Shown here in pieces: positions 46,321-55,984 of a DNA stretch of 64,000 nucleotides; position 1 is the first letter of the stretch, and the number at the start of each line of letters is the position of its first letter. The position numbers and the translations under genes were made by a program. The notes under the pieces were generated by a model. The model was not told where the DNA came from, searched no databases, and saw only the letters and a program-made list of their open reading frames with translations. The stretch comes from an uncultured Acidobacteriota bacterium (GTDB lineage Bacteria > Acidobacteriota > Thermoanaerobaculia > Multivoradales > JAHEKO01), in contig CAVQNG010000003.1 of NCBI GenBank assembly GCA_963713825.1, positions 1,248,001-1,312,000 on the forward strand, read 5' to 3'.

Positions 46321-48372
46321 ATGATCTCCCTTGGTCGAATACTGAAGCTCGCGACGGTTGCCATCGTCCTGTTTATTGGACAGCCGGTGAGCGCGCAGTT
46401 GTCCGAAGGCTGGACGGAAGTCGTCGTTCTCGACAGAGCCTGTCCAGAGTGTTCGGTCGTTCTGGCGAGAGATTGGCGCTATCACCCTGGTGACGATCCC
46501 TCTTGGGCCGAGCCAGACTTCGATGACACAGAGTGGGCTCTCGTCCTCCCTTCTCTTCGTAATACCGAAGCCATGCCTGGTGGATGGCCTGGAATTGGCT
46601 GGTTTCGACGCAAGATTCGGACCAGCGAGGAGTTCGGCAACACTGTCGGGATCCATGTCGCTCAGGCTGGTGCGTCCGAGATCTACCTCGACGGTCGCAA
46701 GGTGGCTGAATTCGGCACGGTGTCGACGGATCCGGACGAAGAGAAGCCTTTCCTCCCGCAGTACGTCTCGACAATCACGCTGGATCCGGGTGTCGACCAC
46801 CTTCTGGCCGTCCGCTATTCGAACGTCACGGGCAACGTCTTCCAGAGAGATTTCCAGGGATTCGAGATCACGGCGGGAGAGACCCAAAGTCTCTCCGCGT
46901 TTCGACTCCGGTTGGTCAGGCAATACACAACCGTCATGGCGACGGCCCTGGGGGTATTCGGAGCCTTCACTCTCCTGCACCTGCTGCTCTTCGCGTTCCA
47001 GCCAAAAGGTACCGAGAACCTGTATCTCGCCATCCTCACCGGATCGATGGTGGGAATGTTGCTGGCCGAACTGCAGATGGGCACGATCGGTGATCTGGGG
47101 AGGGTCCTCGTCTATTACAAGTGGTTTCTGACGGGTGTGGTGACGATGGGGATGTCAGCCCTGCTGGTGGAGCACAGGGTGTTCAAGCAGCGGCTGAGTC
47201 CGACCTTCTACGTTCTGGCCGCTGCGGCGGTGGGGATTCTGTTTTGGGTTTGGACCCGCCCGGCTTTTGGTGGCAACGTGCCAACGGCCATCTTCATCGC
47301 CGCTGTGTACCTGGTGACTCTCTGGTGGGCGATTCTCGCCTTGGTGGATCGGCAGCCCGATGCGTGGGTCATCGGTCTGGGTCTGCTTGTCGTGACTCTG
47401 TGTGTCTTTGCCATTCTGCTTCGCCAGGCCGGGTGGCTAGAGGTTCCACATGAGCTGACCGCCCTCTTGGGAGTCGGTTCACTGGCGCTGTCCTTCTCCG
47501 TCTATTTGACCCGGAGGATTGCGAGTACGAATCGCGAGCTCGAATCGAGGCTTCAGGAGATCGACGTGCTGACGGAAAGGGCGATCGATCAGGAGCGACG
47601 GGTGGCGCGAGAGGAAGCCGATCGTCGCTTGCTGGAGGCTGACAACGACCGCAAGACGGCGGAGTTGGAGGAGGCACGACAGCTGCAATTGGCGATGCTT
47701 CCGAAGCAGGTGCCGGATCTCGAGGGCTTTCGAATTGCTGTTCACATGAGCACGGCCAACGAGGTGGGAGGCGACTACTATGACTTCCACACGAATGGGA
47801 ATGGCTCGTGCACGTTGGTGATGGGCGATGCGACAGGGCATGGGCTGCATGCTGGAATGGTGGTGGGCGTTGCCAAGAGCCTGTTCCAGACGTGTGGGCA
47901 GGAGCCGAATCTGGCCGCGGCCCTGGGGCGAATTGGCGAGGGCCTGAGTAGCATGCATCGGCGACAGGCGAGCATGGCGATGTTGCTGGCTCGGCTCGAG
48001 GGGCATCGGGTGCGGCTTGCGTCTGCCGGGATGCCGCCCGTGCTTGTCTGGCGCCAAGCGAACGGGTTGGTGGAAGAGGTGATGCTGCCGAGCGTCCCGC
48101 TTGCGACTTTGGCAGACGTGCGGTTCCAGGAGACGGAGATCGACCTTCGAGTAGGCGATTCGGTTCTGTTGATGACCGACGGCCTGGCAGAGGTGGCGAA
48201 CCCGGACGGCGACCCCCTCGGTTACGATCGTGCCACCCGTTTTTTTGCCGAGTCGGCGGATCTCGAGCCCGAGTCGGCCATCGAGCGCCTGCTGGAGTTG
48301 GCGGCGGAGTACAACGAAGGAACCCCGCTGCAGGATGACATGACCCTGATGGTCCTGAAAGTCCAACCCTAG
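46321..48372 (+). CDS. Membrane sensor PP2C/SpoIIE phosphatase (periplasmic sugar-binding-like domain, 7TM, coiled coil)
   Basis: WRYHPGDD..WA.PDFDD..W and GWFR in the N-domain, 7 TM helices, EARQLQ, VGGDYYD, GDATGHG, TDG, DDMT. Confidence 0.88.
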   Translation: MISLGRILKLATVAIVLFIGQPVSAQLSEGWTEVVVLDRACPECSVVLARDWRYHPGDDPSWAEPDFDDTEWALVLPSLRNTEAMPGGWPGIGWFRRKIRTSEEFGNTVGIHVAQAGASEIYLDGRKVAEFGTVSTDPDEEKPFLPQYVSTITLDPGVDHLLAVRYSNVTGNVFQRDFQGFEITAGETQSLSAFRLRLVRQYTTVMATALGVFGAFTLLHLLLFAFQPKGTENLYLAILTGSMVGMLLAELQMGTIGDLGRVLVYYKWFLTGVVTMGMSALLVEHRVFKQRLSPTFYVLAAAAVGILFWVWTRPAFGGNVPTAIFIAAVYLVTLWWAILALVDRQPDAWVIGLGLLVVTLCVFAILLRQAGWLEVPHELTALLGVGSLALSFSVYLTRRIASTNRELESRLQEIDVLTERAIDQERRVAREEADRRLLEADNDRKTAELEEARQLQLAMLPKQVPDLEGFRIAVHMSTANEVGGDYYDFHTNGNGSCTLVMGDATGHGLHAGMVVGVAKSLFQTCGQEPNLAAALGRIGEGLSSMHRRQASMAMLLARLEGHRVRLASAGMPPVLVWRQANGLVEEVMLPSVPLATLADVRFQETEIDLRVGDSVLLMTDGLAEVANPDGDPLGYDRATRFFAESADLEPESAIERLLELAAEYNEGTPLQDDMTLMVLKVQP

Positions 48373-48425
48373 GTGCCAGCCACTTTCTTGAAAGGTTCTC
48401 TCCTGCCATTCCGTCTCTTGTTGGT

Positions 48426-49361
48426 ATGGGACGACGTCTTCGCTTCATACCACCGGGTGGCTGCCTCGTCGAGGTCACCAATCGTACAATTCAAGGCCGC
48501 TTTCTTCTGAGGCCAAGCACTGAGCTCAATGAGTTGGTCGTGGGCGTCCTAGGGAGAGCCCAGCGGCTCTACGGTGTCGAGATTCACGCCTGTATCGTGC
48601 TCTCGAACCACTTTCATATGCTCATGACGGTACGGTCTGCGTTCCAGTTGGCGCAATTTATGGCCTATTTCCAGGGGAATTTGGCGAAGGAGGCTGGGAG
48701 GCTTCATAGGTGGCGAGGCCCTTTCTGGCATCGCCGATATCAGCATGTTCTGGTCAGCGACGAGGAGGTAGCCCAGGTGAGCCGGTTACGGTATCTCCTG
48801 GAGAATGGATGCAAAGAGGGTCTGGTGTCGAGCCCAATCGAGTGGCCTGGTGTGAGCTCAGTTCAGAGTCTCCTCGGCGGACAGGCGCTCAGAGGTGTGT
48901 GGATCGATCGAACTCGAGAGCGTCAGGCATCTGTCGGATTGGACGCTGAGGCTGGCGTTCAGTTTCAGGAAGACGAGGTGGTGGACTTGAACCCCCTACC
49001 CTGCTGGGAGGGGCAGGAACCAGGTGCGGTCCGCGAGCGAGTGCATGAACTGGTAGCCGAAATAGAAAGCGAGACTGAGTCTCGTCATCGGGCAGACAGC
49101 ACGAGGCCCATTGGGGCTCGACAAGTGAGCCTCCAGGATCCGCACGAGAAACCGTCACATTCCAAGTGGTCTCCCGCTCCCATGTTCCACTGTTCCTCGA
49201 AGGAGGCCCGCGGCCTGCTATGGGACGCGTACGTGGCCTTCTGCGATATGTATCGGAGTATGGCGGAAAGATGGCGAACAGTCGGCTTCAGGCCAGGCTT
49301 CCCTGATGGAGCCTTCCCGCCACCCTTTCCTTCCCATTGCCTCTATCAGATTCTTGAATAG
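48426..49361 (+). mobile_element. RAYT-like (IS200/Y1 HUH) tyrosine transposase
   Basis: VTNRT, LSNHFH (HUH), FWHRRY, RYLLENGCKEGLV...EWPGVSS; flanks are hairpin-rich and locally more A/T. Confidence 0.8.
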
Positions 49362-49666
49362 GCAGCTTCGTACTTCCCAGTAGGCCAATTGAGCCCTGAA
49401 ATTGGGCGGCAGGTGATGCTGTGCGCAGCTGTCTGAGAGACGCCGAGTCTATGGTACTTGGAAAAGCGTGAAGGCTATCCTGGGCTCGAAATCGACGAGA
49501 GTAAAGCCCAGGTCGAGACGGTTTGCTGAGGGAGGGGAGTTGGCACAAAGAAAAGTGCCAGTCGATCTCTGGGCGACCAGGAATACGGGTGGCACCTTGA
49601 CCAAGGGGTCGCATTCCATAGTGCTTCCAGTCGCTTCTGTGATATTCGAGTGCCGAGGTGTGATCC

Positions 49667-51475
49667 ATGCGAGTGGGTAACCTGAGACCCGGGCTTGGGG
49701 TGTCGTTGGCGCGCTTTTTCCTATGCGTTTGCGGCACTCCTCTGCTTGCGGGAAACGACGTGGTGCCAGGGGCTTTGAGGGTCGACTCTACCTATGAGCA
49801 TATTGGAGCTCTTTGGTCGATCGAGGGCGACAACGATCTCGACAGTTGGCTTCAGATGGAATTCCGCCTTGAGGGAGAAGCGCACTGGAGCCCTGCGGCG
49901 CCAGCCATGCGGGCTCATCCCGCACTGGTAGTTGATGGTTCACCCCTGGGCCTCAACTTTTGGGCCGCCAGCGCTCTTTTTCTCGAACCTGGCAAGGCCT
50001 ACGAACTTCGCCTGACCATGAGTGACCCGGATGGCGGTGCCGAGACGAAGACCGTGTCCGCTGCTACCCGGAAACTCCCACTGGGAACTTTCTCCGGGCG
50101 CCATCTCTACGTCGTCCCTGGATCAAGTGGTGGAGATGGGAGTCCGGCGGCCCCGTTTCAGGGTCTCCAATCGGCTGCTAGTAATGCCGTAGCAGGCGAT
50201 GTCTTTCACATTTCACCTGGCACCTACGAGCCGTTTCAGCTTCTGAGTAGTGGCACTCCCCTGGCACCAATCGTGTTTTCGGGCCCGGGAAGCGGACTTG
50301 CGATTGTCGATGGCAAGGCAACCGACCGGGGGATCATCACGCTCGGGGAATGGAACCAAACGATCAGTCACGTCGTGATCGAGGGCCTCACTCTCGACAA
50401 CGGTCGGTGGGGGATCGATGCGCAGCACAGCCACGATCTTGTGATCCGTCACAACCGGATTCGAGATGTCGACTATGGCGTCGTCAATCGACGGGGAGAC
50501 GGTCTTGAGGGCAATCAGACTATCTGCGACAACGTGATCGAGGGGCGAGTATCGTGGCCTGGAGTGGGTATTCCCTCGGAGCGAGGGATCGATCTCCGGG
50601 GTCACGGAAACGTGGTTTGTCACAACACGGTGCGCTATTTCGGAGACTGTCTCTCCCTACAGCCTTCGACGGGGCCTTCCTATGGAAACGATGTCTTCGG
50701 CAACGATGCCGCATTCTGTGTCGATGACGGCATCGAGATCGACTACAACCAGGCCAATGTCCGAGTTTGGCGAAATCGAGTGACGAACGCCCGCATGGGA
50801 GTCAGCGTCCAACCCATCCGTGGCGGGCCGGCCTATATCTTTCGCAATGAACTCTTCAATCTCGAAAGCGTTCCCATAAAGATGCATAACGACACTACTG
50901 GCTTCTTCGTCATCCACAATTCCGGTGCAAAAAATGGCGATGGGCATGGCGACAATGGCGCTATGTGGCGCAATGCGGTCTTTCGAAACAACCTCTTTCT
51001 CGGAACCCGCTTTGCGTTCGAATTCACGACCGTCGCCGACGAAGGCTTCAGAGACTTAGACTACAACGGTTGGGGCACTACGCGAGCCTTAGGCTCACCC
51101 AGTGACCCCCACTTCAAGTGGAACAATGTGCGCTACAGCAGGCTTCCAGATCTTCAAGCGATTGGAGTAGAGCTCCACGGAGTCGTGGCAACTTTCGATG
51201 ATCTTGTGGATGCATCGTTGCCAGTCACCTGGGACACTCCGGTGATCCCCGGCAGCCGCGATCTCCGTCTCTCGCCAGGAACCCCAGAAGTGGACGCCGG
51301 TGAGGAGATCGATAACCTGAATGACGCCTTCGCTCTTCAAGGCCTTCCTGACCTGGGAGCCTTCGAACTCGGCCAGCCGTTGCCGAACTACGGTCCACGC
51401 CCATGGCCTAGGTTGCTGTTTGCGGATGGGTTTGAAAGCGGCAGCACCTCGGGTTGGTCGACTTCGACTCCGTGA
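49667..51475 (+). CDS. Secreted FN3-like plus parallel beta-helix protein with FADGFESG tail
   Basis: Signal peptide, LEPGKAYELRL, GDGS.AAPF, DDGIEID, repeated xxRN strands, PDLGAFE, tail FADGFESGSTSGWSTSTP. Confidence 0.8.
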   Translation: MRVGNLRPGLGVSLARFFLCVCGTPLLAGNDVVPGALRVDSTYEHIGALWSIEGDNDLDSWLQMEFRLEGEAHWSPAAPAMRAHPALVVDGSPLGLNFWAASALFLEPGKAYELRLTMSDPDGGAETKTVSAATRKLPLGTFSGRHLYVVPGSSGGDGSPAAPFQGLQSAASNAVAGDVFHISPGTYEPFQLLSSGTPLAPIVFSGPGSGLAIVDGKATDRGIITLGEWNQTISHVVIEGLTLDNGRWGIDAQHSHDLVIRHNRIRDVDYGVVNRRGDGLEGNQTICDNVIEGRVSWPGVGIPSERGIDLRGHGNVVCHNTVRYFGDCLSLQPSTGPSYGNDVFGNDAAFCVDDGIEIDYNQANVRVWRNRVTNARMGVSVQPIRGGPAYIFRNELFNLESVPIKMHNDTTGFFVIHNSGAKNGDGHGDNGAMWRNAVFRNNLFLGTRFAFEFTTVADEGFRDLDYNGWGTTRALGSPSDPHFKWNNVRYSRLPDLQAIGVELHGVVATFDDLVDASLPVTWDTPVIPGSRDLRLSPGTPEVDAGEEIDNLNDAFALQGLPDLGAFELGQPLPNYGPRPWPRLLFADGFESGSTSGWSTSTP

Positions 51476-51487
51476 GGTGCAGCGACC

Positions 51488-53281
51488 ATGGATAGACCTC
51501 TGAGCGATCTTCGAAAAAACGGCTGGCACCTCTGTGGGGGCGTGGGCTTCGTGGTGGCGCTGATGCTCTCGGCGGTGCCCGGGCGAGGTGAGCTGCCCGC
51601 ATGCGGGCTCGGCAGCAGTGCGGGCCCGGTGCAGGAACCTGTGTTTGTCCGCAACCTCACGGGCCAGACGAGTTGGTATGCGTCACCCGTCGTCCGCGAC
51701 CTGGATGGGGACGGCTCCAATGAGCTCATCGCTGCCTACTACGACACCTACGTCTTCTCGAGCTCGGGGATCCTGCTCGACCGCGCGGAGGTAGGTAGTG
51801 GCAGGGTCTATTCGCCCCACGTCGTGATCGATCTGGACTTCGACGGCATCATCGAAGTCGTTGTTGGCCGAGGACATGAAGTGATCGCCCTGGAATGGGA
51901 TGGCACCCAACTCCAACTCAAACAGGGATGGCCGGCCGATACGACAACGGGTGGCAACTCACCTGAGGTCAGAGGCCTCGCAGCGGCAGACCTGGATGGA
52001 GATGGCATGGTCGAGGTCGTGGCGACAACTACCCAAACGGTTCCGACCTCTCAAGGCGGCGCCCAGGTCTTTGTCTTCAGCCCGGATGGCACGGTGTACC
52101 AGCCTGCCAGCGGTCACGACCCGGCCTGGCCCCGCTATAACGACCTGGCCGGGCCCGGCAACGATGCCGACCGCAACGGCCAGGGTCACAGTGGCTTTGG
52201 CTGCTACGGCCTCAACCCAGGCATCGGAGACATCGACGACGACAGACAACTGGAGATTCTGGTCACTTACGACAACCACCACATCCAGGCGTTCAATCTT
52301 GATGGAGTCGCTATCGATGCCTCGGACTACTACACGAATCGCGACCCCAACTACGCTGGCAATCGGCTCACCTGGGGTCAGTTCATCCGCTGGGCCGATC
52401 CGCAGGTGGAACACGATCACTATCATCTCCACACGGGCCAGTGGCCCCATCCTGACTGGGCAGAATGGTTGCAGTGGACAGCCTCGCCGCCCTCGGTTGC
52501 CGACCTCGATGGTGACGGGAAGAACGAGGTCATCGGTGTTCCCAACATCGAGATGCACGTGCCATACGTCACTCAGGCCTATGGAGTCATGGTTCTGGAG
52601 GGCTCATACGGTGATGGCAGTCGCTCAGCCCGGCGCAAGGCAGGCTGGGAGCAGCTACCACGCGGCGATGCCCCGATCGATGTCGATGGTTGGTATCCCC
52701 CCAATGGCGTTCCCGCTCCGACAGTTGTCAGTATCAGCGGTGACTCGCGGCCCGAGGTCGTCGTCTCGCTGAACGACGGCTACCTGTACGCCTTCTCCCC
52801 TTCGGGCCAGCGCCTGTGGCGAACCAACTATCGCCACGGCAAGTCGATCCTCTTCAGCTCTGAAGCGACCGTGGCCGATTTGAATCAGGACGGGTCGCCT
52901 GAGATTCTCATTGCCACCTATGGCGAGCCGGATGTCCACGATTCGGGCAATCTCATGATCCTTGCCGCCGATGGCTCCGTGTTGCACGACATTCCACTGC
53001 CGAACCCGGGCCACAACGGCAACGGCAACGGCGCCCCGGCAGCCCCGGCCGTCGGAGACCTGGATGGAGATGGCCAGTTGGAGGTTTTCGTCCAGACCTT
53101 CGACCACGGGCTGGATCAGTTCACGGTCCCTGGATCTGCAACGAACTGTCTCCTTTGGGAAACGGCTCGAGGCGGCCCGCTCAGGATGGGTCAGCAGAAC
53201 GGTCCATGGATGCTGGGCAGGGTGTTCGCCGATGGCTTCGAAACGGGTGGCACCTCTGCGTGGTCGTCGGCAGTTCCATGA
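51488..53281 (+). CDS. Secreted FG-GAP/VCBS repeat protein with FADGFETG tail
   Basis: Multiple DLDGDGxxE repeats, signal peptide, tail FADGFETGGTSAWSSAVP. Confidence 0.85.
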   Translation: MDRPLSDLRKNGWHLCGGVGFVVALMLSAVPGRGELPACGLGSSAGPVQEPVFVRNLTGQTSWYASPVVRDLDGDGSNELIAAYYDTYVFSSSGILLDRAEVGSGRVYSPHVVIDLDFDGIIEVVVGRGHEVIALEWDGTQLQLKQGWPADTTTGGNSPEVRGLAAADLDGDGMVEVVATTTQTVPTSQGGAQVFVFSPDGTVYQPASGHDPAWPRYNDLAGPGNDADRNGQGHSGFGCYGLNPGIGDIDDDRQLEILVTYDNHHIQAFNLDGVAIDASDYYTNRDPNYAGNRLTWGQFIRWADPQVEHDHYHLHTGQWPHPDWAEWLQWTASPPSVADLDGDGKNEVIGVPNIEMHVPYVTQAYGVMVLEGSYGDGSRSARRKAGWEQLPRGDAPIDVDGWYPPNGVPAPTVVSISGDSRPEVVVSLNDGYLYAFSPSGQRLWRTNYRHGKSILFSSEATVADLNQDGSPEILIATYGEPDVHDSGNLMILAADGSVLHDIPLPNPGHNGNGNGAPAAPAVGDLDGDGQLEVFVQTFDHGLDQFTVPGSATNCLLWETARGGPLRMGQQNGPWMLGRVFADGFETGGTSAWSSAVP

Positions 53282-53303
53282 GGCGAGTGCTACGATCCTG
53301 CGA

Positions 53304-55955
53304 GTGAGTATCGAGGCCCCCGGCGACCGACCCCACGGTGCCGGATTCCGACTTGCGGCCCTGGCCGCGATTCTCGTCATTCCCGCCTGGATCCTGCGGT
53401 TTCTGGCCTTGCGAGAGCTCGGCCTGGGCCAAGGTCCCACCCTTTTTCGGGGTTTCGCGGCCGATCTGGCAGTGGCCCTTTGTCTCCTGGTTGCAGTCTT
53501 GGTGGCAGCTGGGTGGCGACGCTGGGCGGCCGTCGCCGTCGCCGCGTTCTGGGTGCTGCTCCAGTATGCCAACTATGAGCACGTCCTGGCCCTCGACGCG
53601 CCACTGAGCTTCACGTACGCGGGCTACCTGCTGGATCGGACATTCCTGTTGGGATCCGGCGTGGCTCTGTCCCATCCCATCCTCCTGTTGTTCCTGCTCG
53701 TAGCTGTTGGAGTCTCCATCTGGCAGATTCTGAAGCGGCCATTCCGCGGGCGAGCCATCGCAGCGGCGATCTTCCTAGCCTTGGCAGCCTGCGCGGCCCT
53801 CTGGATGTGGCCTGCCAACCCTCGGTCGTTGGCCTGGAAGCGCAGTCATTTTCTGATCGATGAGATCCGGCGGCACTCGCCGGTTGGAGAGGCGAGCTCG
53901 CCCGCCCCTGAACCGAGTCGCGCGATCACCGAGGAGTTGGCGCGACTCTGGAGCGTTGATCTGTCTGGCGAACCGTGGATGGGAGTAGGGCAGGTCGAAA
54001 AGAACATCCTGGTAGTCGTGCTAGAGGGAGTCTCGGGGGCCTATCTACCTATGCTCGCCGAGTTGTCCGGTGTCGAGTCCTCGATCAAAATGCCGCGCCT
54101 CGACCAGGTGGCTCGGAGCCATTCAACGGCCACCCGGTTTGTCGGGCAGCAGCGCCAGACGAATCGGGGTTTGTATGCTTTGCTCTGCGGTCGGTCGCCA
54201 AGGCTGGGCTCGTCCGCCCCGCGGCTCAACGATTACGCAGTCGGCCCCTCGGCCCCTTGCCTGCCTGAGGTCTTGGCCGGCGAGGGGTATCACACGGTCT
54301 TCCTGCAGGCGAGCCCCTTGTCCTTCATGATGAAGGGGCAGGCCATGCCCCGACTCGGGTTCGAGACCGTGATCGGAGAGCGAGGAGACGAGCCCGCGAA
54401 CCTCAGGAGCAAGTGGGGCATCGACGATCGCGCCTTCCTGGAGTTGAGCCTCGAGCAGATTCGACAGCTCGAAGCGGACGGCAAGCCGTGGTTCCTGACG
54501 TTGCTGACCGTCGGCACGCATCACCCGTATACCGTGCCTGAACTGGCAGAGAACCCTGGCGAAGACGGGTTGCAAAGGGCGATCGCCTATCTGGATGAGG
54601 CGGTCGGGGAGTTCATCGACCAGCTGGAGAACGAGGGAGTCCTCGACAACACTCTGGTCGTGCTGACCAGTGACGAGTCGGCAGGCTTGCCTCACAACAC
54701 GGACGACTTCGTTCGGACTCTCAGCCAGAACTGGAGTCTGGCGATTCTGATGCCACCAGGCGAAGGCCCACGACTTCTCGAAGAGCCTTTCCTCCAGAGC
54801 GATCTAGCCGTGAGTCTTCTGGACTACCTGGGAGTTGCCGACCAAGACAGCCTCTTTACCGGCCGCAGTCTGTTTCGCAGCTATCGAGACGATCGCCCGT
54901 TGTTTTTCGCCAACACACACCAGGGGCGGGTCTATGGGTTCTTTCCCCCCGACCGGCTTGTAGCGTGTGGCGAAGGCCCGGCTGAGTGTGAAACCTTCGA
55001 GCTATCCCCTGACCGGCTGTTCTCGGGCAGCGTGGGATCGGGTCGGGAGGCGCAGCGCGAGACGGAGATGCTGCAAGCCGCGACGCGACTCTCGCTCCAG
55101 GATCAGGCCGCTGATTCCGGCGTCCGGACCTATGAACTGGTCGATGCTCTCGAGGTGCCAGTGATGGCCCGGCATCGCAAGATCTTCGATGGGCAATACC
55201 TCGATGTACCCGACTCCATGGTGGTCGAGGTGGAGATCGAAGGCGAAATAGTTGGCGAGCAGGGTTGGTTGCACTTGCGCCATGACCTGGTGAGCCGCGA
55301 AGACAAGCATTTCCTGGCCCGGCTGCCGGTCTTGGGTCCTGGGGACAGATTTCGCCTTCGGTACCGTCTGCATCCCAGCGGCCCTCTTTCCGGCCTGATC
55401 TGCCGCGGATCCGCGGATCTGCTCGACACCGATCGACTCGACCTACACCTCGATGTCGCCGAGTTGCGAATCCTGCCGGAGGAGGGCGAAGCCCTCGGAG
55501 TAGGAGTCGAGGTGCTCGAGGAGTCGGTGGAGAGGCGCGTCGAGCCGCAGCCTCTTCACCTTCGATCACGGCCAACCGGTCTAGTTCTTGCGCCTTGTGC
55601 CACCTTGGATGACAAGAATCGGGTCGTGGCAGAGGCCTGTCCCGCTGGGCAGGTGACCGTTGGACCGCGTTTCTACGCCCCTCTGGGCACGCAACTCGAG
55701 GTCGTGCATCGCCTGGAAGGTGTTACTGGATCCAGTCGACTCTTCAGCGCGGTGGGCTCCCAGGGTCCGCCGATGGTTCTGGCCCAGAGCCCGGTCGAGA
55801 CGCTGGAGGAGGGAGAGACCTTGGACATTGTCCTGTCGTTCGAGGTGACAGCCGTTCTCAACGAGATTGTCGTCGGCCTGGCTCTCGAAGAGGGCGTACC
55901 GGAAGACTCCTCGTTTCGGATCCTCGACACCAGCGTCACGATGATGCTTCCCTGA
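53304..55955 (+). CDS. LTA-synthase-like membrane phospho-transferase (alkaline phosphatase superfamily) with C-terminal beta domains
   Basis: 5 N-terminal TM helices, NILVVVLEG, Thr nucleophile in RQTNRG, WGIDD, TVGTHHPY, TSDE; start taken at GTG 53304. Confidence 0.75.
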   Translation: MSIEAPGDRPHGAGFRLAALAAILVIPAWILRFLALRELGLGQGPTLFRGFAADLAVALCLLVAVLVAAGWRRWAAVAVAAFWVLLQYANYEHVLALDAPLSFTYAGYLLDRTFLLGSGVALSHPILLLFLLVAVGVSIWQILKRPFRGRAIAAAIFLALAACAALWMWPANPRSLAWKRSHFLIDEIRRHSPVGEASSPAPEPSRAITEELARLWSVDLSGEPWMGVGQVEKNILVVVLEGVSGAYLPMLAELSGVESSIKMPRLDQVARSHSTATRFVGQQRQTNRGLYALLCGRSPRLGSSAPRLNDYAVGPSAPCLPEVLAGEGYHTVFLQASPLSFMMKGQAMPRLGFETVIGERGDEPANLRSKWGIDDRAFLELSLEQIRQLEADGKPWFLTLLTVGTHHPYTVPELAENPGEDGLQRAIAYLDEAVGEFIDQLENEGVLDNTLVVLTSDESAGLPHNTDDFVRTLSQNWSLAILMPPGEGPRLLEEPFLQSDLAVSLLDYLGVADQDSLFTGRSLFRSYRDDRPLFFANTHQGRVYGFFPPDRLVACGEGPAECETFELSPDRLFSGSVGSGREAQRETEMLQAATRLSLQDQAADSGVRTYELVDALEVPVMARHRKIFDGQYLDVPDSMVVEVEIEGEIVGEQGWLHLRHDLVSREDKHFLARLPVLGPGDRFRLRYRLHPSGPLSGLICRGSADLLDTDRLDLHLDVAELRILPEEGEALGVGVEVLEESVERRVEPQPLHLRSRPTGLVLAPCATLDDKNRVVAEACPAGQVTVGPRFYAPLGTQLEVVHRLEGVTGSSRLFSAVGSQGPPMVLAQSPVETLEEGETLDIVLSFEVTAVLNEIVVGLALEEGVPEDSSFRILDTSVTMMLP

Positions 55956-55984
55956 AGCATCACCGAAGACGGGGCTTTGTGGCT

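Noticed and set aside
52962-53303. 997-aa version of the LtaS-like ORF
   Set aside because: First 114 codons overlap the FG-GAP gene in another frame and are low-complexity
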